Shown here in pieces: positions 26,846 through 39,532 of a DNA stretch of 64,000 nucleotides (positions are counted from its first letter, which is position 1; the number at the start of each line of letters is the position of its first letter). The position numbers and the translations under genes are program-made. The stretch is from Lepidodermella squamata (lineage: Eukaryota; Animalia; Gastrotricha): the NCBI GenBank assembly GCA_047495785.1, contig JBLDXI010000011.1, positions 1,860,001 to 1,924,000 of the forward strand. The letters are read 5' to 3'. The notes beneath the pieces are model-generated. The model was given only the letters and a program-made list of their open reading frames with translations, made no database searches and was not told the DNA's origin.

Positions 26846-28091
26846 AACAACTGGAAGTTTTGACGATAAAATTTATACGTTGTTATGAGTGTTTGTAAAT
26901 AGGCTTCCCTATTCTCCAATCTCAAGAGTCACACCGTTGATTTTGGTTCAGCTGCTATGCTACATCTTTTGCGTGTCTACAATCATTTTCACATTTCGCT
27001 AGTTGTTGCAAAAGATTTATAGAGAATAAACATCTCGTTATACATTTTAAAGTGTTGTGACGCGTATTTTTGTTACTATACTGCAAAAAAACAACAATAT
27101 TTTAATCCTAAATATTGTGAGAAAATTGTTATGCTATTGCGAGGCTTCGCATTAAGGATCCTAACCTCAACCCAAATAGAAAAGATCCTGACATCCAATA
27201 TCCCCTTAGAAGAAATGAGATTGGACATTTCAGTCACGAGCAGTATCAGCTAGTAGCTAAAGTCTCCTACTTTGATCCAAAACCAAAATCCCTGCCGTTA
27301 ACTTGGAGATTCGAAGATGTATTTAGCTCGTTCCCTGTTATAAATTTCAAATGGGCAACATTTCTCAAAATTGTCAATAAAATTATTACGTAATTCTCTT
27401 CATTATTTCCGAAACTCAGGCGATCCTGGTTTATAAGTTGGAGTCTACACCGAGACACAAGGCCTCAAGTGAAATATTAGGCTGACCTAGTTTTCTCACA
27501 TTTTATGAACGGTTAAGTTTGTGAGTGGGCGTTATATTACCAATTCTCAGCTTTCGCTACGTTATCCAGATTTCAATAGGTATTCGTTTTAGCGGAACCA
27601 AACTTAGGAATTTTCAGTGGACCTGATATCTCTTTTCGAAACATTCATAGCTGTCAGGATTGATCGGAGTAATTTTGAATTAATCATGTTTAAATTCAGC
27701 GTAAAATTCTGTGCATTGCCTTAATTTCGTAGAAATTTTTGAAAAGCGACCTTCGGCTTACCTAAAATTAGGTTCCGCAACATACAGACTTGGTTCTGCT
27801 CAAAGATATTCTGAATTTCAAATCAAAAGAGCTTTATTACGCTCAAACTGTGGCTTCACGTCGATTAAGCTGAACGTTCAAACAAGTCCGTAGCGAACCA
27901 TCAAACAGGCTTCTATACAGGAAAAGGTTCAGTGGCAATCAGTACAGCGATCCCGATTGCCTCATTTTGTCCTAATTTGATTATTTTGATCTACCTGGCT
28001 AATCTTGATAGTGAACCCGAATGCCCAAGTTCTAAGAATCTTTGGCGAACCCCAATAACATCTGCTTGGCTTGTTTTTTCCGCATAGGAGC

Positions 28092-28496
28092 ATGCTCCTT
28101 CTAGTTCTTACGTTTCTTTGGTCACCACAAGTCGTCGAAGGCCTAACGTGCTGTTTCTGCAAGAACTGTACAATCGGTAGCGAATACTCAAGCGGCAGCA
28201 GGTACCTGCTAGAAAACTGCCCCGAAGACTCGGAATACTGCACGAGTTACATCATAGCAATTCCACGCAAATTCCCGCGCGAAAACGAACCGCAGTACGA
28301 AACCCGCGTGTGGAGCCAGTGCTCGCGGTACTGTTTAGACGGCGGCGGGCTTAATCTAGGCATTTGCTGCTCCGACAACAACTGCAATTGCCCGAAGGCG
28401 TCAAATAGCATCCGACTAACATCCTACTCGATTGTTTGCACCTATTTGTCATTAATCTTAGCTGTTTTCAATAAAACAAACTACAATCTTGCCTAA
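28092..28496 (+). CDS. Ly6/uPAR GPI-type protein 4
   Basis: MLLLVLTFLWSPQVVEG signal, LTCCFCKNC...CCSDNNCNCP, hydrophobic C-terminal stretch. Confidence 0.88.
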   Translation: MLLLVLTFLWSPQVVEGLTCCFCKNCTIGSEYSSGSRYLLENCPEDSEYCTSYIIAIPRKFPRENEPQYETRVWSQCSRYCLDGGGLNLGICCSDNNCNCPKASNSIRLTSYSIVCTYLSLILAVFNKTNYNLA

Positions 28497-28581
28497 TGCG
28501 CCTCTTTAATGCTATAGGTGAAAAATCCCAGCAACGTCAGCATTCGTACGTTTACATACTGTTTACGTTTTCAGTTCAAAA

Positions 28582-28965
28582 ATGCACGTTTCAAACTACG
28601 CCTTAATCTTTGTGATTGTTTCGAGTTTTCTCGATGGAATTTACGCGATTTCTTGCTGCTCCTGCGTCGACTGCAAAGGTAAATCAACCCAGGTTGCTGA
28701 TGTCCAGCTGTGCCCAATCGATTTCAACGTTTGCTATTCTTACGTGAGGAACAACTCCCTGGGCGAGGTTTACATTCAGCGAGGATGTGGCAGTCAGTGC
28801 CCGTTGAAGATCGACACGACTAATGCAATGGTTTGCTGTATTGGCGATGGCTGTAACTGCCCGAATTACAACGGCGGCCTGTCACAAACAGCGCAGTTTA
28901 TCAATTACATGCTGTTATCTTTGCTAGCATTCGTAGCTTGCATCGGTTCAAGCCGTTTACTATAA
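28582..28965 (+). CDS. Ly6/uPAR GPI-type protein 5
   Basis: Signal peptide, ISCCSCVDC...QRGC...CCIGDGCNCP, hydrophobic tail, AATAAA at about 28987. Confidence 0.92.
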   Translation: MHVSNYALIFVIVSSFLDGIYAISCCSCVDCKGKSTQVADVQLCPIDFNVCYSYVRNNSLGEVYIQRGCGSQCPLKIDTTNAMVCCIGDGCNCPNYNGGLSQTAQFINYMLLSLLAFVACIGSSRLL

Positions 28966-29158
28966 TCAACGATTGGCGAATTTATAAATAAACCCCCAAG
29001 TTATTTAACCTAGCAAAACAATTATATTGGGATTTTCAGTTGTTTTCAAGAGTCAAATTTTTGTTTCGCCACTGAAATGAAAGCTTTATGGTGTGCCTCA
29101 GGCCTCAGGTCATAAAATAGCTGACCGAGTCGCTCTACGACAGCATTATATTAGCCTT

Positions 29159-29397
29159 CAATCAGCCAGTTTACCGGGTGTTGGTTTCCTGATTCCCGTT
29201 TTCGAAGATTTCGGAGCCGGTGTATCAAGTTGTTGTGCCTGCTGCCTACTTTGCAGCTACTGCTTATAATTGCGTCTATAGCATTTTAAGCGGATTAACA
29301 ATGAAAAACTCGATGTTTTTTCCATGCGCATGTTCAAGTACGTGTGCGTGTAGATAAGTGACGCCGACGGTGGTTATAATGCTTGCTCATCAATCGA
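29159..29397 (+). repeat. Diverged direct repeat, partner at 32637-32922
   Basis: Shared AATCAGCCAGTTTACCGGGT ... GATTTCGGAGCCG ... GACGCCGACGGTGGTTATAATGCT ... TCATCAATCG. Confidence 0.85.
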
Positions 29398-29756
29398 GTA
29401 CTGGCTCCTAATTTAAGTATAAGTACTTACTGTAGTTTCCGGGGTTGTTTTTCTGATTTGCCGACAATTTAGTGACAAGTCATTGATGACCATAGACGAA
29501 CCTCATTGTCTGTCTGTGATTATACGTTTATTTCTTATCACGATGCTTGTCCCTAGCGAATTAGCCTACTGATTTAGCTGATGTGGCTACTTCGCCCAGG
29601 ATCGACGTGGTCTGAAGTAGACTGTAAGAATGAAAGGAAAATAGTACTTGAAAATTAGCCGGAAAAGTTTTTCTGTAGATGAAATGATTGTTTCATAATA
29701 TCAGATAATTTTGTTCATCGTAGAGAACAGCAATGTTAACTAATCCACTGCACACA

Positions 29757-30798
29757 TCAATCAGCCCCACAATACTCAAAACCCGTAACGCCATAAGCGC
29801 TGCCCCTGGAGCCATAATACTGGAAATAATTCGGCCCGAGAAGACCGCAGCACTCAGCGTAACTGTCAGAGCTGTAAGTATTTGGCGGCCTGGAGGGCTT
29901 AAAGCGAAAAGAGAAGATAGCAATGAGCAAACATATCAGTCAAAATATTACTAGGGTGGAGGTGACGGCAACATAAGAGTCGTAGATTGCGGTATAAGGG
30001 AAGCGAAAACAAAACGCTGAATCCCTTCCATCAGATGTAGATGCTGCTACTTTGTATGCATTGTCAGGGTCGACTTTGCCAATACAAGCCAATACAGGTG
30101 GAGTGCCAGGAACTATCTCGTATTTCAGGGAAAATCTACTATTCGCAGCGTTACAACAATCAGCAAAAGAGCTGAAAGTATTTGGATTAGCAGAAGATGC
30201 CTGTAATTCATCCAGCTGTTAAATCACATCCAAGTACATAAGTTAATTATTACGGTTGTTCCTGTTTTCAGAACCGAGTCGCATGCGCCAGCATTAGCGG
30301 TGCAGAATGGGATATTAGGTTTTGAGATCGACCAATCACCCTGCGTCCTCGTTATTACACACAACTTGTAGGTGGGCTATGAAAATTCAAAAACTTTGCA
30401 GGTTTTCGGAATGAAATTGACTATAAACTCTCGCTTACAGGGCTCGCGCAAGTTTGTCCTTCCGGGCACTGAATTGCTGACTTTGCAATGCAATTCTTAG
30501 AAGTCGGGTCGCAAACACTAGTTGATAGCGCGCAGGTTTGGTCGCTCGGACACGAAAGTATAGATGATGAACCAGTTTTTGCGACGCAACTGTTCGTTGT
30601 TGTATCGCAAACGTTAGTTGAAGCAACACAGGAAGATCCAGGGCTACACTGATCGGTTGTCTTATAACAGGCGTAGCCATTTGGGCAAGCTGCAGGGGAA
30701 TCTGCTGCCGACTTGAGGGATGAAGTTATAGATGATGCAGGGCAAGCTGTGACAACGGCGCAAACAGCGGCCAGGAGGGCGAACAGTAGCATTTCCAT
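29757..30798 (-). CDS. Secreted cysteine-rich repeat protein of unknown family (exons 30798-30439, 30376-30254, 30200-29952, 29897-29757)
   Basis: Signal peptide, short C-P/S-x-G/D-x-x-C...VCD-x-T..C repeats, three phase-0 GT-AG introns of 53-62 bp that keep the frame open, and two PNT-x-SS...A(D/E)CC motifs. Confidence 0.72.
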
Positions 30799-31679
30799 GT
30801 TTTGAAATAATTATGTAGAAATGATGTCGAAAACAGCCACCGCCTCATCTCTTAAATTTTTTTCCTTCCGTGAAGGGCAGACAAGGGCGCCCTCAGGCTC
30901 GTGTTCAGCCACACGCCATTTATCAGTGTTGCGACAAAATTGTCAACACTGGGTTTCCGCAATTCTCGTGGCTATAGCTAAACTTCGCTATAACCAGGAA
31001 AGCGGAAAGCAACAAAGTTTCGACTATTGTAGAAGAGGTTAGAAGATCTTATTCCAATGAATGCTCGCTCTATACGCTCATAAAATACACGCGTTGTGGC
31101 ATCTCTTCAAAGGAAATAAACTGATCAACTAGTGCCAAACAACACGTATGAGAGTTACTTAAGGCTACTACTACTACTGCTACTGGGATTGATATACTGG
31201 AGGAAACTGTTAAAATGTTAACGCCTTTCACCTGATACCGACGTCCCTGGCGCGGAACCAATCAGTCAGCTGGCTTTTTACCACCAGTCATAGGCTGGCG
31301 TTGCGGTGCTGCTGACGCTACGTTCAAGTTTTATCATAGTAGCTTCGCAGAGGATGAAGTTGCAGAACCTCAGCAGAAGATCCTTTTCCGTCGACCTCGT
31401 GCGAAGACAGATTATGGCCTTACTGTGTAAACACTCCCAACCCTGCTCTTACATTGAGATTGAGATTTTTCAAGTTTTCGAAAAATAAGGGACTAGAATA
31501 ATTGCTACTTCCTTGATGGAAAATTCCTTTTTGAGTATTAGATCTATTTCCGACCTTGAGACTCGCAAGATCCCGCTTTAAACGTTGGCACAAAGCATCG
31601 AGTGAAACATCGGGATTTGCAATTGTTGCCGATTTTCAAGTATTCGACGATTCATTGTGTTTGAGCTAAATAGTAGAAA

Positions 31680-31934
31680 TTCTGGGCGCGCCCTGATTGG
31701 TCAATCGATCGTTGCTATGACTCCCGGATGAAACATGCTGGTCGTGCGATCCATGAAATTTTTAGCAACAAGAGGCTTCATTTTGATGATATTATCATCC
31801 TCGCCAATCTTATACAAGTGAAGTTGGATCCCTACGTTCGGAGAATCTTTGCCATACCCCAGCCAGTTTTTCCATGCCAAATCAAATGAAATCATCTTGG
31901 CTAATGTTTTTTTTTGCATAAGAGTGTGATTCAT
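31680..31934 (-). mobile_element. Possible piggyBac-type transposase remnant
   Basis: LHL...IIKMKPLV...SMFHPGVIATID* resembles the piggyBac KIRPL...YxP...TIDE segment, and it is truncated by a stop. Confidence 0.4.
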
Positions 31935-33142
31935 TATTTTTTTTGCTCTCCTTCACATCATATCAAGCCATACCCAGTCGAAAAAAAGTAGACCATGGCT
32001 CGGTCTAAATTTGACACTGGGGTAGATCGTAAGGGTTCGACCCTACGTAGATCGAATGGTAAAATTAGGACCTACACAGGATCGATGCCCGTAGATCCAG
32101 TTTAATAGATCGACAATAGGTCGGAAAAACAACAATTTTGGACGGATATTTTGCCTTTTGGATCTACGTACGATCTACTGAGCTCTCGGTCTACTGATTT
32201 TCGTCTGGGTACCAGTCAATTCATAAGCAAAGAATTCGGAGTAACAGGATCCTCTCTTCATGACTGGCAGCATAATTCATGAGAGTAAAAAACAAGAAAT
32301 TTCTGAAATGATGAAAATCCGGCGTTGATTAGCGAGGATGACTTGCCAGCAAATAAGATCTAAGATAATTTGAATTCTTCCAAAAATACACCCAACTTAA
32401 TTTCCGCGATGCGGGAGCCATGATTTACGGATGTTCAAGTTTCGAATGAAAGGTGGAAGGAGTCGTTCGAGAACTATATTTGGAAGACGATCGCTCTACT
32501 TTAATTACGATAAAGAGTCCAATTTTTGGTTTCACACTTGATTGATGTGACTGTTAACTGTTACTGGGCCATGATATCTGGCATGGCTGATGAAAATTGA
32601 CGAGTTGCTGTATACGCAAGCATTAAAACCGCTATCAATCAGCCAGTTTACCGGGTCCTGGTTTTCCGATTTCGTTGATTTCGGAGCCGATTTATCACGT
32701 TATTGTGCTATAAGTTTGTTGATCTGCTGTCTACTTAGCAGCCACTGCTAATAATTGCGAAAATTGCCACAACAAAAGCATGGCTAAATACTCGTCTTAT
32801 AGCAATTTAAGCGGATTATCAATGAAAAAACTCGATGTTTTTTCCACATATACGCATGTTCAACAATATGTGTATGTTGATAAATGACGCCGACGGTGGT
32901 TATAATGCTCACTCATCAATCGTGGTAATGTTCAATGAGCTATGGCAAATATATGCCAGCTTAAAGAGCGCGTGGCCATCACGTTGGCCAAGTGCAATTT
33001 GTCTCACGTCGAACGCGACTCCAATTAATGCGCCGCTACTCTCACGACAGCACATCTCAAGTGTTTTCCACACTTTGCTTATAATTCGCGATTATTCTAT
33101 TAGGCTGTAATCATTTAACACCGACAAATTCTCAGCTGAAAG

Positions 33143-33544
33143 ATGAAAGCTACCTTAATTTGCGCAGGGATAGTTATTCTGGGCCTTCTCGGACAATCCG
33201 ATGCCCTGTCTTGCTGCACGGGGACGTCATCGAATGTTCGCGATGTCAACACGTGCGGAGCTGGTCAAAATTACTGCTCGGTAATTCGAACTGTTAACGG
33301 CGGCTCAGGATCCGTTTCATACTATCGCGGTTGTGAGTCGACATGCCCACAGCCTGCGACTTACAGCGAACAAATCACTTGCTGGTAGGTTCTTTCGATT
33401 TAATATCGCGAATTTAGCTAATTTTCCCTTTTAATACCCAGCCAAACATCTGCCTGCAACTGCCCGATTAGCTCAGGATATGTTGTAAAATCTGCAACTG
33501 GACTCATTTTAGCCGCGATCTTCTCCAAGTTGCTCCTTTTATAG
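33143..33544 (+). CDS. Ly6/uPAR GPI-type protein 6 (exons 33143-33384, 33442-33544)
   Basis: Signal peptide, LSCC...YRGCESTCP...TC|CQTSACNCPISSG followed by a hydrophobic tail. AATAAA at about 33589. Confidence 0.9.
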
Positions 33545-33764
33545 TGGAAAAAATGAAATGTTGACATGAGCTGATTAGATTTTTGTTAAATAAACAATTT
33601 CTTGAATTTAATCTGCACTTGAATGTTATATAATATGGCAGGTGCCGCCTTAACAACGCTTTTTAAGGTGTTTGCACCGGGGTGTGAGACGGAAAGCCGC
33701 TAATCTGCGCGCGCGATGCCTCACGCCTTCCTCATACTCATTAAATTTTCATTATTCAAAAAAA

Positions 33765-34163
33765 ATGCTAGCCGCTTTTATTTTCCTGGTCTGCGTTTTA
33801 CTGCCGAAGCCTTCAATTCAGGGAGATGATGGCTTGACTTGTTGCATTTCAACAGAAACAGACCAATCAAAGGCCCCGCCGCGAGATTTGGACTACTGCC
33901 CGCGAGATGCCAACTTCTGCGTCGCTACGAAAACTACAAGTCCCGGCAATTTGAACACCGAACCGGTGAAGAGTTATGTTCGACAACGCTACTGCGCTGC
34001 GACGTGCCCGCAACCGATTGAGAATTCGTTCCTGCTCGAGGCTTGCTGCCCCAAAAGCGGATGCAACTGTCCAGCGGCGACTGCAGGTTCTGCAAATGTC
34101 AAACTCCACTCGAGATTGGCAATTCTCGTCATCTCATTAGCTATCGGAATTTTAAGGAACTAA
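33765..34163 (+). CDS. Ly6/uPAR GPI-type protein 7
   Basis: MLAAFIFLVCVLL signal, LTCC...DLDYCP...QRYCAATCP...CCPKSGCNCP, hydrophobic end. Confidence 0.9.
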   Translation: MLAAFIFLVCVLLPKPSIQGDDGLTCCISTETDQSKAPPRDLDYCPRDANFCVATKTTSPGNLNTEPVKSYVRQRYCAATCPQPIENSFLLEACCPKSGCNCPAATAGSANVKLHSRLAILVISLAIGILRN

Positions 34164-34852
34164 TGATAAAATTATAGAAAAGCTCTATCATGATTCATCC
34201 TATGCTTCCATCAAATGATTTCAAGTATATCCTCATTTCGAACTTGAATAAAACATTTCCAATGAGTAAATATCGAGAAATGCCATTTTAGATGCCTATA
34301 CAGTCCTCAAAACGACGTTTTAAAAAAAAATTAAATTAAGATTTTCAATATGAAAATCTGATTTTTTTCACTTACGCCCACTGAGCCATGGTGCTTAAAG
34401 TGTGTACTGTCAACAAATTTGCAGATTACATCAATCATCATTCATCCTGCGTTGTACATTTATTGTTGTGGCTAGAATCTCCATAGCCTCATATATGCCT
34501 CGTAAGCAAAAATGACAGTTGACTGCGTTATTCATGCGAAAACCGCAAAAAATAGCTGCCATAACACGAATTAGTTATATAACGTATAGTATTTTTGCGC
34601 TCTCCAATGTTAAACGAGCGCAAACGTGATAACGTGTCTTTATGCTCGCAGCTTTGCCATGTTTGTAAAGCAAAAAAAATGAATTGACACTAGACACTAG
34701 ATGTGGTAGATGGAGCTTCCGGAAATTAAACAAAAAACAATAAGAAGGGAAACATTGCTTCCTGCTCCGGTTCTAAAAAAATCGAAGAAAACGCGAAAAA
34801 ACGTAACGAATACTGAACCGAGTTCTTTCTTTTACTTGTTTTGCAGGAATAA

Positions 34853-35874
34853 TTACATTCGTAAAATGGAGCTAGATTTGAAAGCTAAGTTTTCTTCTCC
34901 TCTTCTCTCGCTTTTTCATAGTCTTTCAAAATGTAAACGATCCTTTGCTCCCAAGGCCAGCCGCAGTAACCTGAGAAAAAAACGGGGCGAAATTACGAAA
35001 AATCACGAAAAATCAACAAAATGAGCTAACCTTTTTCTCCGCAATAGTACGAAGGAGTGAGGACGATTTGAGGTGGCATAACTTTAATGAGGTAGTGATT
35101 CAAATTGCTTTCGTCATGCCACACCGGTATAATATCCTTCGCCATATCGTGCTTGGTACACTCCGACATTTGCTGCCACATGCTCATAACATTCTGAAAT
35201 TTCCCGCCATAAACCGCCCCGCTGTAATAGATCGTACCCTCATTGCTTGGTACGTAAGTGCAAGAGTTGTTATTCGTTTCGAGCGGCAATTTCTCCCGTT
35301 GGTCGTTAACGTGGTACCAATGCCAGACCGCAACTAGGTCACCGAAAATTTCGGCACCAACGTAGCCGTTGAAGTAGATATCAGCGTCTATATTGAAGAT
35401 GTAGTCGAGATTCGAACTTTCCAACAAGTCCGTTGCATTGAGGTACATTTCCGGTCTTTGCATCGAATCGCCAGGCCATCCTAGGCGTTCCTGGTAGATC
35501 AGCTTAACGTCATCTCCTTTCGGCCCGTCTTTCAGCCGGTTCGTGAAAATGAAGTAGGTGACTTTGTAACTTTCGGGATCTGGGACATTCGTGAGTAGGA
35601 ATTTCCGCCCGGATCTTACGAGTTTATGCGTGAAAGTCACGTAATTTCCAAGCCCGACTACGACAATGCCAAGGTGGACGATTTTTGCGCCGGCTGTTGA
35701 GACATGGCCCGTTTTTGCCTGGGCGACTCGTTTGTTCTTCGTTAGCTCAAGAAGCTGCTCGAGGTATAATCGCTGTTGCGATAAGCTGAACAAAATGTTG
35801 TAGACAAGATAGGCGAAACACGAAAAAAGCAGCAGGCCAAGGATGATGAGAAAGGCGCGATTATTAAGCAACAT
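34853..35874 (-). CDS. GT6-family (ABO/Forssman/alpha-1,3-Gal(NAc)) glycosyltransferase, type II membrane (exons 35874-35031, 34970-34853)
   Basis: N-terminal TM helix, then LGIVVVGLGNY, VTYFIFT, WPGDSMQR, DYIFNIDAD (DxD), YYSGAVYGG, WHDESNLNHYL, LTPSY. The spliced tail carries K-DYEKA-R, like the GT6 C-terminal K...R. Confidence 0.92.
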
Positions 35875-37517
35875 GATGCTCGTAAGGCTTGTAGATGTAG
35901 CGAGATGTACGCAGGGCTTTATGCCGTGGAGCTTTTTTATTGAGATGAATGCGAGAAGGTTTTTACGTTTTGTTTTTGAGCACCCGGCCATTACGCGTGC
36001 TCGTGAGCGAGGTGAGCTGGCAGGGCACCCACTACGAGCGTGTGCAGGTACCTACTATAGCTAGTCTCGCTCACACGCACGCGCATTAGAGCATGAATAA
36101 CGGCGTTTATATTTCCATGTCGCAGGGTATCATCAGCACGCCCGGGTGGCATACAGGATTGAATGCTGAAATGACACCCTTCCGCTTTTAGTTGAGATTT
36201 TAATTTGTATTTTATGACCTGGAAATGAATTTTATGGCTTTAAATCTTATTTCACCGGAATGTATAAGATGCTAGGTAAGTGGTCAAATTCAAATCGGAT
36301 TTCTACTATTATATAAGCGGATGGAGTTCAGTGTTCAAGGAAAACCCACAAATGCCCCAAAATTCCGAATTCCTAGATGCATAGACAACACTGTAACAGA
36401 TAGGAAGCAAACGATTGCGAAAAGCGCGGCACGCGACCACTTTTTGTATCACCCAACGCCCTATCCGCCCATTATGAAATTAATTAGTATTAAAGACAAG
36501 TGGACCAAATATTCATCTTTCACATTTTTTTAAATTCGTCAGAAAATTACTAGATTTCGGTCTATCGAAAGAGCCCAGGTAGACTATGCAGGCTCGCATA
36601 GTTATTTTTCTAGCATTTGTTGAAAACAGCTGTTTTCGAGATTTTCGGCAAAACTGTCATTCTTCTGCCGCGGATGGGCCATCCGGAAATTGTTGAAAAT
36701 TCTAAGAAAAATTGTTTGTCCATGTTGACCATTTTCTCTATCCAACGATATAAAACTTGTCCCGTAACTATTTCATTTTGATTTTCGGGCTCGATAAATT
36801 ATTTTTGCTGAATATATTTGGGAAGAGGCAACGCGGCGAGAGAATTCACGGGTTCAGGACTTTAAAATACCTTCTTATTCGAAGTATTGTTTGTCATGAA
36901 AGTTGGGCACGACAGTTTTGGTTGAATCAGTCAAAAGCTTGACCATAGACCTAATGTGGCTTCGTTCCCACCCCAAAACGTTTGTTCCCGTCCTTGTCCA
37001 ATGCATAACAAAATGTCACGCCGGCCCATGCGTCTGTTTTTGTGGAATACCGCTTCCTGCTTACTACAGGTATTGATTCTTCATAGAATCGCCTCTAAAA
37101 GGATGGGAGATAATTGGAATTTATATTCATTGGATCAAAAACTCAAAAACTGATTTTATTAAAAAAGTTATCTTTGTATAATCCGGACAACTATCGTGCA
37201 CCTTAATCTTAATCACCCTAATCAAAGCCCGAGCTATACAAAGAACATTACAAATAACACTGTACATAATCAAGCAATTATGTCCTGTACTGTAAAGAGA
37301 CTAAAAAGACTTGAAAGATCGCAACAATTTGAATACAAATGCATAAATCCAGTGGTTCGAGATGGATTATTCGTAAAAAGGTTGGATATTCTTCATTGAT
37401 CTCGAGATAGTGAAGCACTATTTGGCCCAGTATGACTTTTCACGAATTTCACCGTGTATAATTCCACAATCATATGAGAGTTCAAGCAAGAAATGTCCGC
37501 GCAACGGTTTGAAACCT

Positions 37518-39532
37518 CTATATCACCGTGACGAACAAGAGGCATAGCACTGCGAACAAAATTCCAGCCGCATAATTTCGATTGGCACCACTGGTTGAGT
37601 CGCTGGCAGATTTACCGGAAGAAGCAGTAACGAGTTTAGGCTGGCCATTAGGCCCATCTCTATTGCAGTCAAGTCCAACAGCAGCAGTTGGTGGAGATCG
37701 ACAAGCTTCGGTTATTTGCCTCATTTCCTTCGCCGTCAAGGGGGAATCGTAGATCGTAACACAGGCCATATTGTCATTTTCCATCAAACCGTACTTTGTA
37801 TTGTTCTCGCGATCTAACGCTCCTCCGATTACAATCGATGGCACCCATTGAATGGCTGAGTCTGATGCGTAAAACAGCTTCCGATCGACAGTGGTTGAAT
37901 TCGAGTACATTGTATTCATATCGAATTTAATTTTCGAGTAGTCTAAAATAATCAGCGTGCTGGTTTTATAAAATTGGTAAACCGTCAACTTCTGATCGCT
38001 TGAATTGTAAGTCACGCCATAAAACTTCCACGCATAGCACAATTCCGGGATAGCTAGAGACGCTGCAACCCTGCTGGTTCTTTTATCGAAAACTTTGACA
38101 TGAAGCGTGTAGTCTGTTGCGCAATGAAGCGTGAGAAATGAGTTCGCCAGCTCCATCTCAAACAGTCCGCTGGGCCGGCCATCACGCCAAGCTGGATTTC
38201 CACTACCTCCGCCGCCCACACTTGTGAAGAACGAGACAGAGAATCCGGCTGGTTTCAGCGGTATCATAGTCTTATAAGCAGCCAAGGTTGTATTTTCGCC
38301 AGGAGACATGTCACTGCAGCAGTAACCGACTGCAAAGCTGAAGTAGGCGGAATCTTCTCCATAAGGCGAACTAGTCTCCAGTGATGCACCGTACGATCTG
38401 CTATCCGGCTTGATTCCACAAATTGTGTCGTTCAGTTGCGATGTTTTGTCCAGATAAGGAGCAAATACAAGAGATTTAGGTTGCGGCCATGCTACGCCGA
38501 GTTGAACTGAAACGATTAAGATATTTAATTTTAGCTACCATAATTTTTTTAAATATTTGGATCTGATATCAAACGACTTGGATTTTTCACCACGCGTTAT
38601 TTCAGTTTCAGCTCCAGAATGAATTAATTATAGAAATATCTCTAGTTTCCAATCTGCCATTGAACATACCGTTTCCGTCACGCTTGCAGTCAACTGTCGA
38701 GGATATCTTTGGAGCTTCGCGGCAAGATTCCAGCAATTGCCCGATTTCACTCGAATTCAGGGCTGCGGTGAACATCGAGAAGCAGAACAAGTTGTGTCCG
38801 GGTCGGAATCCCCATTCTCGGTAAGCATCCCTATCCAAAGCATCAGCCAGCATCAACTGACTCCAATCTCCGCCGATCTGCAGAGGTTTAGGCATTTTGC
38901 CGGAGACCGACTTTGATAAATTGGCCTTAGGATCAATGACATAAGCCGTCAGTTGGCCCGCGGAGCTATCGTGGGATATCGCGAAAAACCGCCAACTATC
39001 CACCCCACATACACTTGAGACGTTGAGCCTGATTGTCATATTTATATCGTCCTTGTCAAAAACTTTGACGATAAGGTCTTTCGAAAAGCAGACAGCTGTT
39101 AAGAAGGACTTGTCGGTTTCAAGTTCCAGTAAACCAGCAGCAGTGTCGGACAATGATTTCAGGTAAAACGATAGCGTGAAGCTAGGCTTTATCGGAACAG
39201 GGCGATAGATCGTTAAGTAGTCCCAATTTCTTCCAATGTCTGTACTCAACGAGTACGAACCAGTTAGATCCCCGAACGGGTTGTTTCCTGGGACAAATGC
39301 GGCAAAAGAGCTCGTGTTTACTGGAGCTAGGTTGCAAATTCTGTCGTTCAAATCGTTGTTTCTGTCCATCTGGGCATGGAATACTAAAGCATCGAGTTTT
39401 GGCCACCAAGCAGTGGCGGCTGAAGAACATTCATACCGCGAAAACAGTTAACATTTCAAATTTTGAAATAAATTCGTGCATGAACTTACCTGGCGCTAAA
39501 CAGCAGGCGATCGTTAACACTAAAAGGTTCAT
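37518..39532 (-). CDS. Tandem LamG/pentraxin-like (ConA fold) GPI-type protein, copy A (exons 39532-39490, 39419-38670, 38506-37518)
   Basis: Signal exon MNLLVLTIACCLAP, then two homologous domains, each with F(T/S)xSF, W..(I/V)(S/T)(H/Y)(D/N), LTxY, ALDR, LxxxE(I/M)xQ..C. Ser/Gly spacer and terminal hydrophobic GPI-like signal. All introns are phase 1. Confidence 0.82.
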
